64,000 bases of DNA, taken from Mobula hypostoma (taxonomy: Eukaryota). Position numbers and translations under genes: made by a program. The notes under the pieces are model-generated. The model saw only the letters and a program-made list of their open reading frames with translations, did no database searches and had not been told where the DNA came from. The DNA lies in the NCBI RefSeq assembly GCF_963921235.1, contig NC_086097.1, positions 235,168,001 to 235,232,000 on the forward strand, written 5' to 3'. Shown here piece by piece: positions 1 through 12,420 of the stretch (position 1 is the first letter of the stretch; each line of letters begins with the position of its first letter).

Positions 1-147
1 CACCTATCATCCTCCGTCGCTCCAAGGAAAAAAGACAGAGTTCACTCAACATATTGTCATAAGGCATGCTCCCCAATCCAGGCAACATCCTCGTAAATCT
101 CCTCTGCGCCCTTTCTATGGTTTCCACAGTGAGGCGACCAGAATTGA
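1..147 (-). mobile_element. CR1 LINE ORF2 3' fragment, cut by window edge
   Basis: Reverse complement resembles the CR1 RT C-terminal region seen in other copies in the window. Confidence 0.7.
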
Positions 148-149
148 TC

Positions 150-480
150 TGTTCTGACCTGTGTCCACAACTCTCTGCAGTTTCTAGTGGTCATGGACAG
201 AGCTCTTTCCATACCAAGCCGGGATGATTGTGAATAGGGTGCTTACTGTAGTGCATCAAATTCGTGAAGTTCAAAGGGGATGTTTTATTTTTTTAGTCTC
301 CTGAGGAAGTATAGATGCTAGCGAGCTTTACTAACTGTGGCATCAATGTGGCTGAAGTAGGACAAGCTATAAGCCTCTCAACCTTCCCGACCTTAGCGCC
401 GCTGATGCAAGCGGAATCACTTGCAATGTCCACTTCCTGAAGTTAGCGACCAGCTCCTTTGTTTTGCTGACATTGAAAGA
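150..480 (-). mobile_element. Decayed Rex1/Babar-like LINE fragment
   Basis: Resembles the minus-strand Rex1-like pieces at 24110-24785 and 56450-57655. Confidence 0.55.
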
Positions 481-1264
481 AAATGGCTTTCATCAGGAAG
501 GAATGAACTGCCCAACTTCTTTTGTAGCCGACTATAGCCTGTAAGCCTTACCACAACTGATGACTGACTGGGACTCAACGTTGAATTGGTATTGACTCTT
601 GGCAATCTTGATAGCTTTACAAAGGTTGCATCTTAATCCCTTGTATAGGTAAGGGTCAATTTTACTGATGGTTTCTCACAGACATGCAAACTACAGATAC
701 GTATATTTTTAAACTTACATTTAAACATTTTATTGAGCATGAAATAAGGGCTGAAACTAACACATGACATTAATATAAATGCTGAAATAGTGTCAGCATT
801 GAAATGCAAAAAGAAAATTAAATTTGTTTTCATGCAGATACTAATCCGCAGATTTCTTTTCAGCCAATCGCATTGTTAAATAGAAGCCATGGATTTCTAT
901 GGGATTAAAAATTCACTTGATCCATATTAAACAAAGTGTAGCATTTTCAAAGTTTACTTGCATTGTTCAAAATTAACTGAAGTTCTCAAAAGATTACTGA
1001 CGTCTGAAGAGTGCACTTAAGAGGGGTCAAAGAGACCCCTGAGAAAATCTTCGAAGTTAAGTATATCTTATGCATACTCCAGTAACTGACTTCAGTTTTC
1101 CTCTACAATATCAGTGAAAATGATAGCCTTGCCATTATTTTTCCCCAACTACTTCAAGCTACTCACTTACTCCCCATAACATGGCACATTATTTTGACTG
1201 GAAACGCATAGAGGAACAGAAGGCTAGCTTTATTTGAAATGGTGTTGTAAACTGGAACAACAAA

Positions 1265-2465
1265 CTTCAAGGATGACACCAAGAATGGGGGTGTAGTAGT
1301 TAGCGAGGATTGATATTAAAGCTTGTAGTGGGATTTGGACAGGCTGGGAAAACAGGCTGAAAAATGGCAGATGAAATTTAGTGAAGACAATTGTGAGGAG
1401 TTGCATTTTGGGAGGGCAAACCGGGGTAGGACTCCCACAGTGAAATTTAGTGGAATGAGGAGTTCAGTGTTTTGGGTAAACAAATCCATACTTCCTTCAA
1501 TGCTGTGTCACATGTAGATAAGGTCAAAAAGAGAGCTTTTTCCTTCTGTCTTGCATAGATTTGTGTATTGAATACAGGAGTTTGAGTGTAATGTTGAAGT
1601 TGTATAAGATATTGGTGAGGCCAAATTTGGAATATTGTGTGCAGTTTTGGTCACCTACCTCCAGGAAAGAGTACAGAGGACAATTACAAGGATGCTGCGG
1701 ACATTTGAGGACCTAAGTTATAGGGAATGGTTAGAACATTATTCCCTAGATCATAGGGAAATGAGGGGAGATTTGATTAAGTGTACTATATCATGTATGC
1801 TGATCGTGTGGATAGTCAGAGGCTTTTTCCCAGGGCTGAAATGGTTGCCACAAGAGGGCACAGGTTTAAGGTGCTGGGGAGTAGGTACAGAGGAGATGTC
1901 AGGGGTAAGTTTTTTACTCAGAGAGTGGTGAGTGCGTGGAATGGGCTGCCGGCAACGGTGGTGGAGGCAGATACGATAGGGTCTTTTAAGAGGCTCCAGG
2001 ATAGGTACATGGAGCTTAGAAAAACAGAGGGCTCTAGGTAAGCCAAGCAATTTCTAAGGTAGGGACATGTTCGGCACAACTTTGTGGGCCGAAGGGCCTG
2101 TATTGTGCTATAGGTTTCTATGTTTCTATATTTTGAGGGGCAAAGATAGGGCTATTGCATGCATGCCTTTTCCAGTGAAGCTGTTTGAGACTAGAACTGG
2201 AGTCATAGGTTGAGGGTGAAAGGTGAAGTATTTATGGGGAACATGAGGGGGAATTTCACTTCGAGGGTGGTGTGAGTGTGGAACAAGCTGCCAGTGGAAT
2301 TGGTGGATGTGGGTTTGTTTACAGCATTTAGGAAAAAATTAGTTACGTACATAGATGGGAGGGTTATGGTCTAGATGTGGGTCAATGGGACTAGACTGAG
2401 TAACAGTTTGACATTGACTGAAGGGTCTGTATCTGTGCTGTAGTGTTCTTTGATGCTATGATTCT
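1265..2465 (+). mobile_element. Decayed CR1 3' region with a younger CR1 3' end nested at about 1786-2130
   Basis: ORF pieces AEKWQMKF..LHFGR and RGHRFKVLG..FFTQRVVSAWNGLP; TTTCTATG tail near 2116-2130. Confidence 0.85.
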
Positions 2466-3149
2466 AGTCTTGTTTTTCCTAAAGTTCAAGATGCTGTACA
2501 ATTGCATAAAATTATGGAAGTAGTCAATCAGTCAGGAAGTGAAATCCTTAAGGTGTATCATTATTGATGGAGCTTCAAGTGATCTTCTCACAATAGTTCC
2601 AGGGTTGTTCAGTATTACGAAGTACATTAATAATTTGATGCTTACCTGTCTGAAAGCTATTGCATTTTCTGCACTTAATTCAAATGAGGGGGAAAGAAAA
2701 GTTTGCATCTGGGAGACATCACATTCAAAATTAATGCCCCATCCTGAGTGAGCTTTCAACTTTCTGAATGCCTTCCAAAAATCTGGCTTATGTATTCCAC
2801 TGCGATTTCTAGATTTTAATTAGTCTGAGTCGAGCATTTTTGAAGGGCAGCATCACATTTTAATTTGTTTCAATTGCAGGAGTAATTACACAGACTTTTT
2901 CAATCATCGGTCAGGTTCCTGCTTCAGAGCAAATAATGCAATTTCAATCCTTATGAAAAATATTCCCATTCCCCAGTGACACTTGAATGTTCAGCATCTC
3001 CAAAAAAGAACAGTGAATATACCAGCTTTGACATTTTGTCTTCATTAGAGAAAAAATAAATAAATGGAACTAATGGAAGGACTAATACATTATGCCTAAT
3101 GCAATGGGGCATAAGTTTAAGATGTTGTGACTTGATAGTGGTGCACATG

Positions 3150-3880
3150 ATGATAAGAGGTTGGAATTCTTTAGCCAGAAAATGGTGAATCTGTGAAATA
3201 CATCACCACAGGTGGCAGTGGAGGCCAAGTCTTTACATATATTTAAGGCAGAGGTTGATAAATTCTTGATTGGTCAGGGCATGAAGAGATATGGGGAGAA
3301 GGCAGGAGACTGGATTTGAGAGGGAAATAGGTTGGCCATGATGAAATGCAGAGCAGATTTTACTCCTGTATCTCATGGTGTTATAGTCTTATGGATAAAG
3401 TGGATGGCCAGAGACTTTTTTCCAGGGTGGAAAAGGATAATATGAGGGAATTGGAGGATCATATAGGAAGGATGTCAGACAGAAGTTTTTTTTCAGAGAA
3501 TGATAGATTAGTGGAAGGGGCTGTCAAGGGTGGTGATAGAGGCAGATACATTAGGGACATTTAAGAAGCTCTAATATAGGCACCTGGATAAGGAGAAATG
3601 GAGGACTATATGGGAGGGAAAGGTTAGATCTTGGAGTAGGTTTAAGGATTGGTACAACACATTGGTCCAAATGTCCTGTACTCCACTGTACTTTACAATG
3701 GTCTATAACATCTAATTTTTAAAATAGTGCTCTGTGAATGACAAAAGAAACATAGAAACATAGAAAACTTGCAGCATAATACAGCCCCTTCAGCCCACAA
3801 TTCTGTGCCAAACATGTACTTACTTTAGAAATTACTTAGGGTTACCCATAGCCCTATATTTTTCTGAGCTCCATGTACCT
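3150..3880. mobile_element. Cluster of short CR1 3' ends (+ at 3150-3710, - at 3748-3880)
   Basis: CR1 3' ORF/UTR motifs; reversed (CATAGAAA)n tail at about 3748-3767. Confidence 0.7.
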
Positions 3881-4489
3881 CCACGGTGGAATATTTTTGA
3901 GCAGAGCTCATTTTCTCTGCTCATTATTTTTGAGCACATAACCATTACAGTACAAGGCAAGGGCAGAAAACCTTCCCAAGGTGCAATCAAGAATTTTCTT
4001 TTATACCTGCTTCAAGCTAGCTACGAATAAAAGATTTGTCAGTCAGCTGCTAAACCTGAAGAGGATTAACTTCAGTGAAATTAAATTGCACACATTAAGA
4101 AAAAAGGATGGAAATTTGATTATGTCTGTTAACTTAAACTTCGAAATGAAAATTGAAATATGCACTTAATATACTCCACCATTCATGCATAAATCACCTT
4201 TGCTTTTATGTTTAAGTATTAAAAGTGAAAGTGATTCATCCTCATTGAGGTTTTAACCAAAGTGACAATTCTGAATTGCTTAAATGTCACGGATGAGTGT
4301 TTCCCCACAAAATCATTCAGAGTCTTTCCTAAACAGAAGCCCTGGATAAAAGCATGGGATCCACAATCTGCTGAGGGCCGGATCTGTGGCATTCAGATCA
4401 GGCGATCAAGTAAGATACACAAAGTCTAAGTACAATCTCCAAAAGCCATGTTACTGCAAAGTGGTAATTCCAGACCAAACCTGAGTCAC

Positions 4490-5220
4490 TGAAGGATGCT
4501 CAACAGCTGAGGCAGGGCTTAAATGCTATTAGCTCTTACAAAATGAAGCCAAGTGGCATATGTGACAATGAAATCTCAGACGAGCTCAGTGTCTTTTATG
4601 ATTGCTTTGACCATCAAAATATGCAGGCACCTTCATGAACTCCCACAGCCTCTGAGGAGCCTGTGATTTCAGTCTCTGAGGCTGACGTGAGGGCTTGCTT
4701 CATGAGGGTCAAGCCATGAAAAGCATCCGGCCCAGATGGGGTACCTGGCTGACAATTTGGCTGGAGCGTTCACCGATATCTTTAGCCTCTTGTTTCAGCA
4801 GTTTGACATCCCACCAGCTTCAAGCAGGCTTCAAATATGCTGGTGCTAAAGAAGAAATTGCGTTGATTATTATCATCCAATAGCACTTACGTCGACTGTG
4901 ATGAAATGCTTTGAGAGGTTGGGATGAAAAATATCATTTCCTGCCTGAGAAGCGACTTCTCATCCATCACAATCTGTCACAACAAGTCAACAATGGATGC
5001 CATTTTATTGGCTCTTCACTTAATCCTGGAACAACTGGACAGTGATGATGCATACATCTGGAGGTTCTTCATTGACTACAGTTCAGCATTAAGTACTATC
5101 ATCCCCTCAAAACTAATCAGTAAGCTATAGATCCTAGGCCTCAATACTTCCTAGTGCAAATGGATCCTCGATTTCCTCTCTTGCAAACTCCATTCAGTTC
5201 AGACTGGCAACAACTACAAT
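4490..5220 (+). mobile_element. Decayed Rex1/Babar-like LINE RT fragment
   Basis: ORF 4924-5130 FFIDYSSALSTIIPSKLISKL matches the Rex1-type RT motif DxSSAFNTI. Confidence 0.75.
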
Positions 5221-5224
5221 CTCT

Positions 5225-5845
5225 TCATCTACTGCTTACAGAACCTTGGTATGTAGTCCATCTGATCCAGGTGACTTATGGCTAACACGAGAGGCACAGT
5301 TTTAAGGTGCTTGGAAGAAGGTACAGAGGAGATGTCAGGTGTAAGTTATTTATGCAGAGAATGGTGAGTGCGTGGAATGGGCTGCTGACAACGGTGGTGG
5401 AGGCGGATACGATAGGGTCTCCAGGATAGGTACATGGAGCTTAGAAAAATAGAGGGCTATGTGTAACCCTAGGTAATTTCTCAAGTAAGTACATGTTCGG
5501 CACAGCATTGTGGGCCAAATGACCTGTATTGTGCTGTAGGTTTTCTATGTTTCTATGTTTCTACGTTTTTACCTTCAGACCTTTCAGCTTCCCAAGCACC
5601 TTCTCCTGAGTAATAGCAACTGCATTTATTTCTGCCTCCCTGATACACTCAAATTTCTGGCGTACTGCTTATGTCTTACACAGTAAATACATATGCAAAA
5701 TACTTATTAAGTTCATCCGCCATTTCACTGCCCCACCATTCCTACCTCTCCAGCATCATTTTCCAGCAGTCCAATATCCACTCTCGCCTCTTCATACTGT
5801 TTATCTGAAAAACATTTGGTACCTTCTTTGATATTTTTGGCTGGC
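5225..5845 (-). mobile_element. Old CR1 ORF2 fragment interrupted by a + strand CR1 3' end (about 5280-5563)
   Basis: Nested piece is near-identical to 1850-2130 and ends in (TTTCTATG)n. Confidence 0.6.
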
Positions 5846-7480
5846 GGTTCTGCCTCTAAAGGCACTGTTTATTTTGTACAAGTATCACTTCCTGTTTTTG
5901 ATGCACTATCAATTACTCCAAAAGACTGGAAGTAGAGTAAATACTAAAAGGTTTTCATTAGCAGTAAAATGTGACCTCGTCCCTGCTGAGTATCTGCCCT
6001 GGACTGAGGGAGGAGCAATGGCACAATCGCCTTTATTCAGGGGTCTGTGGGAGGAGCCACAGCAGCAGTCAGCAGAGGAGCGTGTCCAGACAGGTAACCC
6101 AGTTACAACATATATATAACACAACACAACACACTGCCAGGGCAGTAAAGTGAAAAGATAATTTATCTTCAATGGCATTACCCACGGACTGGAGATGTGT
6201 CTGAATACCATACACTATGATGCCAGTTTCCAAACCCAGCAATATTGATCGCCAAACCCTAGAAGTCAGTTCAGAATTTGGTGCATCAATTGTGCCTTTT
6301 TGGCACTCAAGGAAATCTGGAATTAGCATAGCCGCAGCACGAGCCTATGTCTGAGCAGAAATGGCAAAGATGAGAGTGGCGTATGCCAAGGACAAAGTTG
6401 AAATGTTCATGGAATGAGTTTGTTTAAACGTGGAGTAAGTTCATATAAGCATGGAGAAAGCATACACAGGCAGAGAGAAAGCTTGTGTAGAAGCTACATT
6501 GAGTGACCTCAAGGAGGAGTCTGTCTTAGCAAGGGCAAAGGTGTATGAAGCATCAGCTGACCTAGACAATGGTGGTCATCCCTCTTGGAAGGTGACTGAA
6601 GAATCGACCATTGACGCAAGCCCTCTAACATGTCATGGTTGCTCAACGGGGGTTGAAATCGAAGCAGCAGACAAAGATAGGAACCAGCTTCCCCTGTCAT
6701 GCCTCACACCAACATTTTCCCCAGTCCTTTTCCCGAATTTGCATCCTCTGCTTCAGATTCAAACACAAAGAAAGATGAACTCTCGTTTAAGGTGTAAATT
6801 GCGAAGTTCCCGAAGTCTTCCATTTTGGAAACACACAGGGCTGAACAATGCACCAAATGCATCAGTGGCTTATGTTTCCACTGAAGCTACTGCAGAACCA
6901 ATTGCACAGCCCTCACTCGCTGCACCAGGCTGTGGTAACAAATCACCACTGATAATAGCTTGAGTGAGGCCAGAGAAGCTCTGAGACAGAATCAGTCTGA
7001 ATGTGGATAAGACAGTTATCTGGAGAGTGCTGGAAAATCCACTGAAGGTGGCAAGGAGAACTAGAGAAACAGTAACAATATATTGCAGACACAGTGTAGC
7101 TTAGTGAACTCTGACTCTTTCTTGACTACAGTGCGTTGGATGACATATGAAGAGAACACAACTCACTTCAGATGTACCTCACCCAATTGTCATTCCGGGT
7201 GAGCGCCATGTCACTGGTCCAATCATCAGAACTTAACACGAGAAAGTACGTCATCAAGGACGACGTTTTCGAAGCGAGGAAGTTTAAAAACTGTGCATTG
7301 AGGCAGTTTCAAGTCTCTGAGACTCCTTCTTTTGCCAAGGACTTAATGAAATGATGGTTTGACTTTTAGTCTCAGTACTTAAGTTTGACATCATGGATGT
7401 CAGGCGGGGACTGTTCTACTTCTGGAGGTGGAGTTCATTTTGTTTGTTTTGTACAAATATCACTTCCTGTTCATAAGCTG
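5846..7480 (+). mobile_element. Decayed, internally deleted BEL/Pao-like LTR retrotransposon
   Basis: Direct repeat TTTTGTACAArTATCACTTCCTGTT at about 5872-5896 and 7447-7471; PPT-like CAGGCGGGGAC before TGTTCT at 7412; 6331-6560 reads AAARAYV*AEMAKMRVAYAKDKVEM..EKACVEATLSDLKEESVLARAKVYEASA, resembling the Ala/Glu/Lys-rich N-terminus of fish BEL polyproteins. Confidence 0.55.
5899..6133 (-). mobile_element. Solo LTR related to the Gypsy LTR at 26344-26572
   Basis: Reverse complement aligns along the 229-bp LTR and ends CAGTCTTTTGGAGTAATTGATAGTGCATCA; right boundary uncertain. Confidence 0.85.
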
Positions 7481-7487
7481 CTTTTCA

Positions 7488-7554
7488 CAGGACTGTGAAA
7501 AAGTCTTAGGCACATATATATAGCTAGGGTGCCTAAGACTTTTGCACTGTATTG
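7488..7554. mobile_element. Tiny Tc1/mariner-like MITE (palindrome)
   Basis: AAAAGTCTTAGGCAC ... GTGCCTAAGACTTTT perfect inverted core with a 15-nt spacer; CAG...TG Tc1-like termini. Confidence 0.65.
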
Positions 7555-7907
7555 TCTGTAAAACTGGCAGAGCAGGAGCTGTTGATTATGAAAGCAAACA
7601 AGATTCTGGGGTTTATAAACAGACACTTTGGCTCATCTGCAACATCATCATCACTCTTGGCACCATACCTCAGGAAAGGCAGGAGAACCATTGAGACTCA
7701 GCAGAAAGGAGCTGATTGGGCAATTGAGGTCAGGTGACCAAGCATTTTGAAAAGCAGATCAGTAGAGGGATAGCTCAAGCGAAGTGGCCTGTGGAAAGCG
7801 GCCAGTGAGTGAGTGGGCCAGTGAAGGAGTGGAACTTTGAGGCTTTGGCTCGAGAGGCTTCGACGAGAAGAGGCGGAAGACAAGCTTGCTCGCAGTTAGT
7901 CTTTACA

Positions 7908-8848
7908 ATGCCTCCTTAGATGGTGATGTGCCTCTCATGTGAGCTGTGGCAGTCTTGGGGGAACGCCCCTCTCCCGCAGAGTCACATCTGCCAGAAGTGC
8001 ATACGGCTGAGCGATCTGGAAGACCGTGTAAGGAATCTGGAGCAGCAGCTGGATGACCTTCGACTCATAAGGGAGAATGAGGCAGTCATAGATGAAAGCT
8101 ACAGGGAGGTAGTCACACCTAGGCTGTCGGAAGCAGGTCATTGGGTGACAGTCAGAGGGGGGAAATCAAAGTGAGCAGACAGGTAGTGCAGAGCATCCCT
8201 GTAGCCATTCCCCTGAATAATAAGTTTACTGTCCTGGATACTGTTGGCAGGGACAACCGACCAGGTGTGAGCCACGGTGGCAGGGCCTCCGGCACTGAGT
8301 CTGACCTGGTGGTGCAGAAGAGCGGGACGGAGAAGAGGAGAACTGTCGTCATTGGAGACCGTATAGTCAGGGGAGCAGACAGGAGATTTTGTGGATGTGA
8401 GAAGGACACCCACGTGGTTTGTTGCCTCCCGGGTGCCAGGGTCCGGGATGTCTCTGACTGGGTGCATGACATCCTGGTATGAGAGGGAAAGCAACCAGAA
8501 GTCGTGATACATGTTGGGACCAACGACATAGGCAGGAAGAGGGATGAGGTCCTGAAGTGTGAGTTTCAGGAACTAGGCAGAAGGCTGAAGAGCAGGACCT
8601 CAAGGGTGGCGTTCACAGGATTGCTGCCAGAGCTACGTGATAGTGATGGTAAGAATTGGAGGAGATGGCAGTTTAATGCGTGGCTGAGGAGTTGGTGCAG
8701 GGAGCAGGGTTTTAGATTTTTGGATCATTGGGATCTCTTCTGGGAAAGGTGGGACCTGTACAGATTGGATGGGTTGCGCCTGAACTCGAGGGAGAGCAAT
8801 ATCCTTGCAGGTAGGTTCACTGGCATGGTTCAGGAGGGTTTAAACTAA
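7908..8848 (+). pseudogene. CR1 ORF1: Cys/His zinc finger, coiled coil, SGNH/GDSL esterase-like domain
   Basis: CLSC..HICQKC; heptads LEDRVRNLEQQLDDL; VVIGD, CLPGA, IHVGTND, DGLxLN blocks. Early stop at 7917, frameshift near 8165, stop at 8480. Confidence 0.9.
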
Positions 8849-8883
8849 TTTGCAAGGGGGATGGGACCCAAAGCGATAGGGCA

Positions 8884-11775
8884 GTGAAAGAAGTGCATGG
8901 AGTAAAGCCAGATCTAACATATAGAGAGGCTTTGAGGAAAGAGAAGCAGAATAAATGGTGTAAAGACAGTAAGGTAGAAGGGCTGACATGTGTGTACCTC
9001 AATGCAAGAAGCATCAGGAACAAAGGTGATGAACTGAGAGCTTGGATACATACATGGAATTATGATGTAGTGGCCATTACAGAGACTTGGCTAGCACCAG
9101 GGCAGGAATGGATTCTCAATATTACTGGATTTCAGTGCTTTAAGAGAGATAGAGAGGGCAGAAAAAGGGGAGGAGAGGTGGCATTACTGGTCAGGGATAC
9201 TATTACCGCTACAGAAAGGGTGGGTAATGTAGCAGGATCCTCTTTTGAGTCAGTATGGGTGGAAGTCAGGAACAGGAAGGGAGCAGTTACTCTGTCGGGG
9301 GTATTCTATAGGCCCCCTGGTAGCAGCAGAGATACAGAGTAGCAGACTGGGAGGCAGATTTTGGAAAGGTGCAAAAATAACAGGGTTGTTCTCATGGGAG
9401 ACTTTAACTTCCCTAATATTGATTGGCACCTGATTAGTTCCAAGGGTTTAGATGGGGCAGAGTTTGTTAAGTGTGACCAGGACGGATTCCTGTCACAGTA
9501 TGTGGACAGGATGACTAGGGGGAATACCATACTAGATCTAGTACTAGGTAATGAACTGGGTTAGGTCACAGATCTCTCAGCGGGTGAGCATCTGGGGGAC
9601 AATGACCACCGCTCCCTGGCCTTTAGCGTTATCATGGAAAGGGGCAGAGTCAGAGAGGACAGGAAAATTTTTAATTGGGGAAGGGCAAATTATGAGGCTA
9701 TAAAACTAGAACTTGCGGGTGTGAATTGGGATGATGATTTTGCAGGGAAATGTACTATGGACATGTGGTCGATGCTTAGAGATCTCTTGCAGGATGTTAG
9801 GGATAAATTTGTCCCGGTGAGGAAGATAAAGAATGGTAGGGTGAAGGAACCATGGGTGATAAGTGAGGTGGAAAATCTAGTCAGGTGGAAGAAGGCAGCA
9901 TACATGAGGTTTAGGAAGCAAGGATCAGATGGGTCTATTGAGGAAGGTAGGGAAGCAAGAAAGGAGCTTAAGAAGGGGCTGAGAAGAGCAAGAAGGGGGA
10001 ATGAGAAGGCCTTGACGAGTAGGGTAAAGGAAAACCCCCAGGCATTCTTCAATTATGTGAAGAAAAAAAGGATGACAGGAGTGAAGGTAGGACCGATTAG
10101 AGATAAAGGCGGGAAGATGTGCCTGGAGGCTGTGGAAGTGAGAGAGGTCCTCAATGAATACCTCTCTTCGGTATTCACCAATGAGAAGGAACTTGATGAT
10201 GGTGAGGACAATATGAGTGAGGTTGATGTTCTGGAGCATGTTGATATTAAGGGAGAGGAGGTGTTGGAGTTGTTAAAATACATTAGGACGCATAAGTCCC
10301 CGGGGCCTGATGGAAAATTCCCCAGGCTGCTCCATGAGGCGAGGGAAGAGATTGCTGAGCCTCTAGCTAGCATCTTTATGTCCTCGTTGTCCACGGGAAT
10401 GGTACCGGAGGATTGGAGGGAGGCGAATGTTGTCCCCTTGTTCAAAAAAGGTAGTAGGGATAATCCGGGTAATTATAGACCAGTGAGCCTTACGTCTGTG
10501 GTGAGAAAGCTGTTGGAAAAGATTCTTAGAGATAGGATCTCTGGGCATTTAAAGAATCATGGTCTGATCAGGGACAGTCAGCATGGCTTTGTGCAGGGCA
10601 GATCGTGTCTAACAAGTCTGATAGAGTTCTTTGAGGAGGTGACCAGGCATATAGATGAGGGTAGTGTAGGGGATGTGATCTGTATAGATTTCAGTAAGGC
10701 ATTTGACAAGGTTCCACATGGTAGGCTTATTCAGAAAGTTAGAAGGCATGGGATCCAGGGAAGTTTGGCCAGGTGGATTCAGAATTGGCTTGCCTGCAGA
10801 AGGCAGAGGGTGGTGGTGGAGGGAGTACATTCAGATTGGAGGGTTGTGACTAGTGGTGTACCACAAAGATCTGCTCTGGGACCTCTACTTTACGTGATTT
10901 TTATTAACGACCTGGACGTGGGGGTAGAAGGGTGGGTTGGCAAGTTTGCAGACAACACAAAGGTTGGTGGTGTTGCAGATAGTGTAGAGGATTGTCGAGG
11001 ATTGTCCAGGATTGAAGAGAGACATTGGTAGGATGCAGAAGTGAGCTGAGAAGTGGCAGATGGAGTTCAACCCGGAGAAGTGTGAGGTGGTACACTTTGG
11101 AAGGACAAACTCCAATGCAGAGTACAAGGTAAATGGCAGGATACTTGGTAGTGTGGAGGAGCAGAGGGAACTGGGGGTACATGTCCACAGATCCCTGAAA
11201 GTTGCCTCACAGGTGGATAGGGTAGTTAAGAAAGCTCATGGGGTGTTAGCTTTCAAAAGTCGAGGGATAGAGTTTAAGAGTCGCGATGTATTGATGCAGC
11301 TCTATAAAACTCTGGTTAGGCCACACTTGGAGTACTGTGTCTGGTTGCCTCACTATAGGAAGGATGTGGAAGTATTGGAAAGGGTACAGAGGAGATTTAC
11401 CAGGATGCTGCCTGGTTTAGAAAGTATTATGATCAGAGATTAAAGGAGCTAGGGCTTTACTCTTTGGAGAGAATGAGGATGAGAGGAGATATGATAGAGG
11501 TGTACAAGATAATAAGAGGAATAGGTAGAGTGGATAGCCAGCGCCTCTTCCCCAGTGCACCACTGCTCAATACAAGAGGACATGGCTTTAAGGTAAGGGG
11601 TGGGAAGTTCATGGGGGATATTAGAGGAAGGTTTTTTACTCAGAGAGTGGTTGTTGCGTGGAATGCACTGCCTGAGTCAGTGGTGGAGGCAGATACACTA
11701 GTGAAGTTTAAGAGACTACTAGACAGGTATATGGAGGAATTTAAGCTGGGGGGTTATATGGGAGGCAGGGTTTGA
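8884..11775 (+). pseudogene. CR1 ORF2: APE endonuclease plus reverse transcriptase, disrupted
   Basis: YLNARSI, AITETWL, YRPP, GDFN, NYRPVSLTS, QHGF, DFSKAFDKV, KFADNTK; stops at 9340 and 9562; frameshifts at about 10990-11007 (10-bp duplication) and about 11420. Confidence 0.95.
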
Positions 11776-12049
11776 GTGTCGGCACAACATTGTGGGCCGA
11801 AGGGCCTGTACTGTGCTGTATTATTCTATCTAGAAGGTGCAGAGGAGATTTACTTGAATGAGGGTCATCTGACATGAGGACAGACTGAAGAAACTGTGTT
11901 ACTCCCCTCGGAAAAGGTTGAGGCAGCGTTTGACAAGAGATATTTAAGAGCATGAAGGGTTTGCAGAGTACGAATTGTTCCCAGTGGTGAAGGGGCGAAT
12001 AAATAAAGAATAATAAATGAAGTTGAATAGTAAAGGTGAATCAGAATCA

Positions 12050-12420
12050 TAAGGCCATAAGACATCAGAGTAGAATTAGGCCATTTGGCTCATTGAGTCT
12101 GCTCCATCATTTCACCATGGCTGATCCATTTCCCTCTCAGCTCCAACCTCCTGCCTCCTCTCCATATCACTTCATGCCCTGACTAAATGAGAATCAACCT
12201 CTGTCTTAAATATGCTCAATGGCTTGGCCTCCACACCTGCCTGTGGCAAAGTATTTCACAGATTAACTACCCTCTGGATAAAGAAATTCCTTCTTATCTC
12301 TGTTCTAAATGAATGTCCTTCTACTTTACGGCTGTGTCACCTGGTATCAGACTGCTTCACCACATCCACTCCATTGAGGCCATTCTACATTTGATAAGTT
12401 TCAATGAGGTCCTCCTCAGG
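12050..12420 (-). mobile_element. CR1 3' end fragment
   Basis: Reversed CR1 3' UTR and RT C-terminal motifs. Confidence 0.7.

Larger units (their letters stand above)
7700..11830 (+). mobile_element. Near full-length CR1 LINE (5' UTR, ORF1, ORF2, 3' UTR) inserted in an older CR1 fragment
   Basis: Continuous ORF1/ORF2 homology; ends CTGTATTATTCTAT; older CR1 sequence at about 7560-7697 resumes at 11831. Confidence 0.95.

Noticed and set aside
2532..2815. Minus-strand open frame ending at a CAG|GTAAG donor-like site near 2646
   Set aside because: No recognisable peptide and no convincing acceptor; such a motif is common by chance.
6451..6963. 170-aa ORF as a host gene
   Set aside because: In frame with stop-broken upstream sequence and inside a probable BEL remnant.
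9690..10445. Antisense ORFs over CR1, and similar ones over the Gypsy elements
   Set aside because: Shadow frames of sense coding sequence with no independent motifs.
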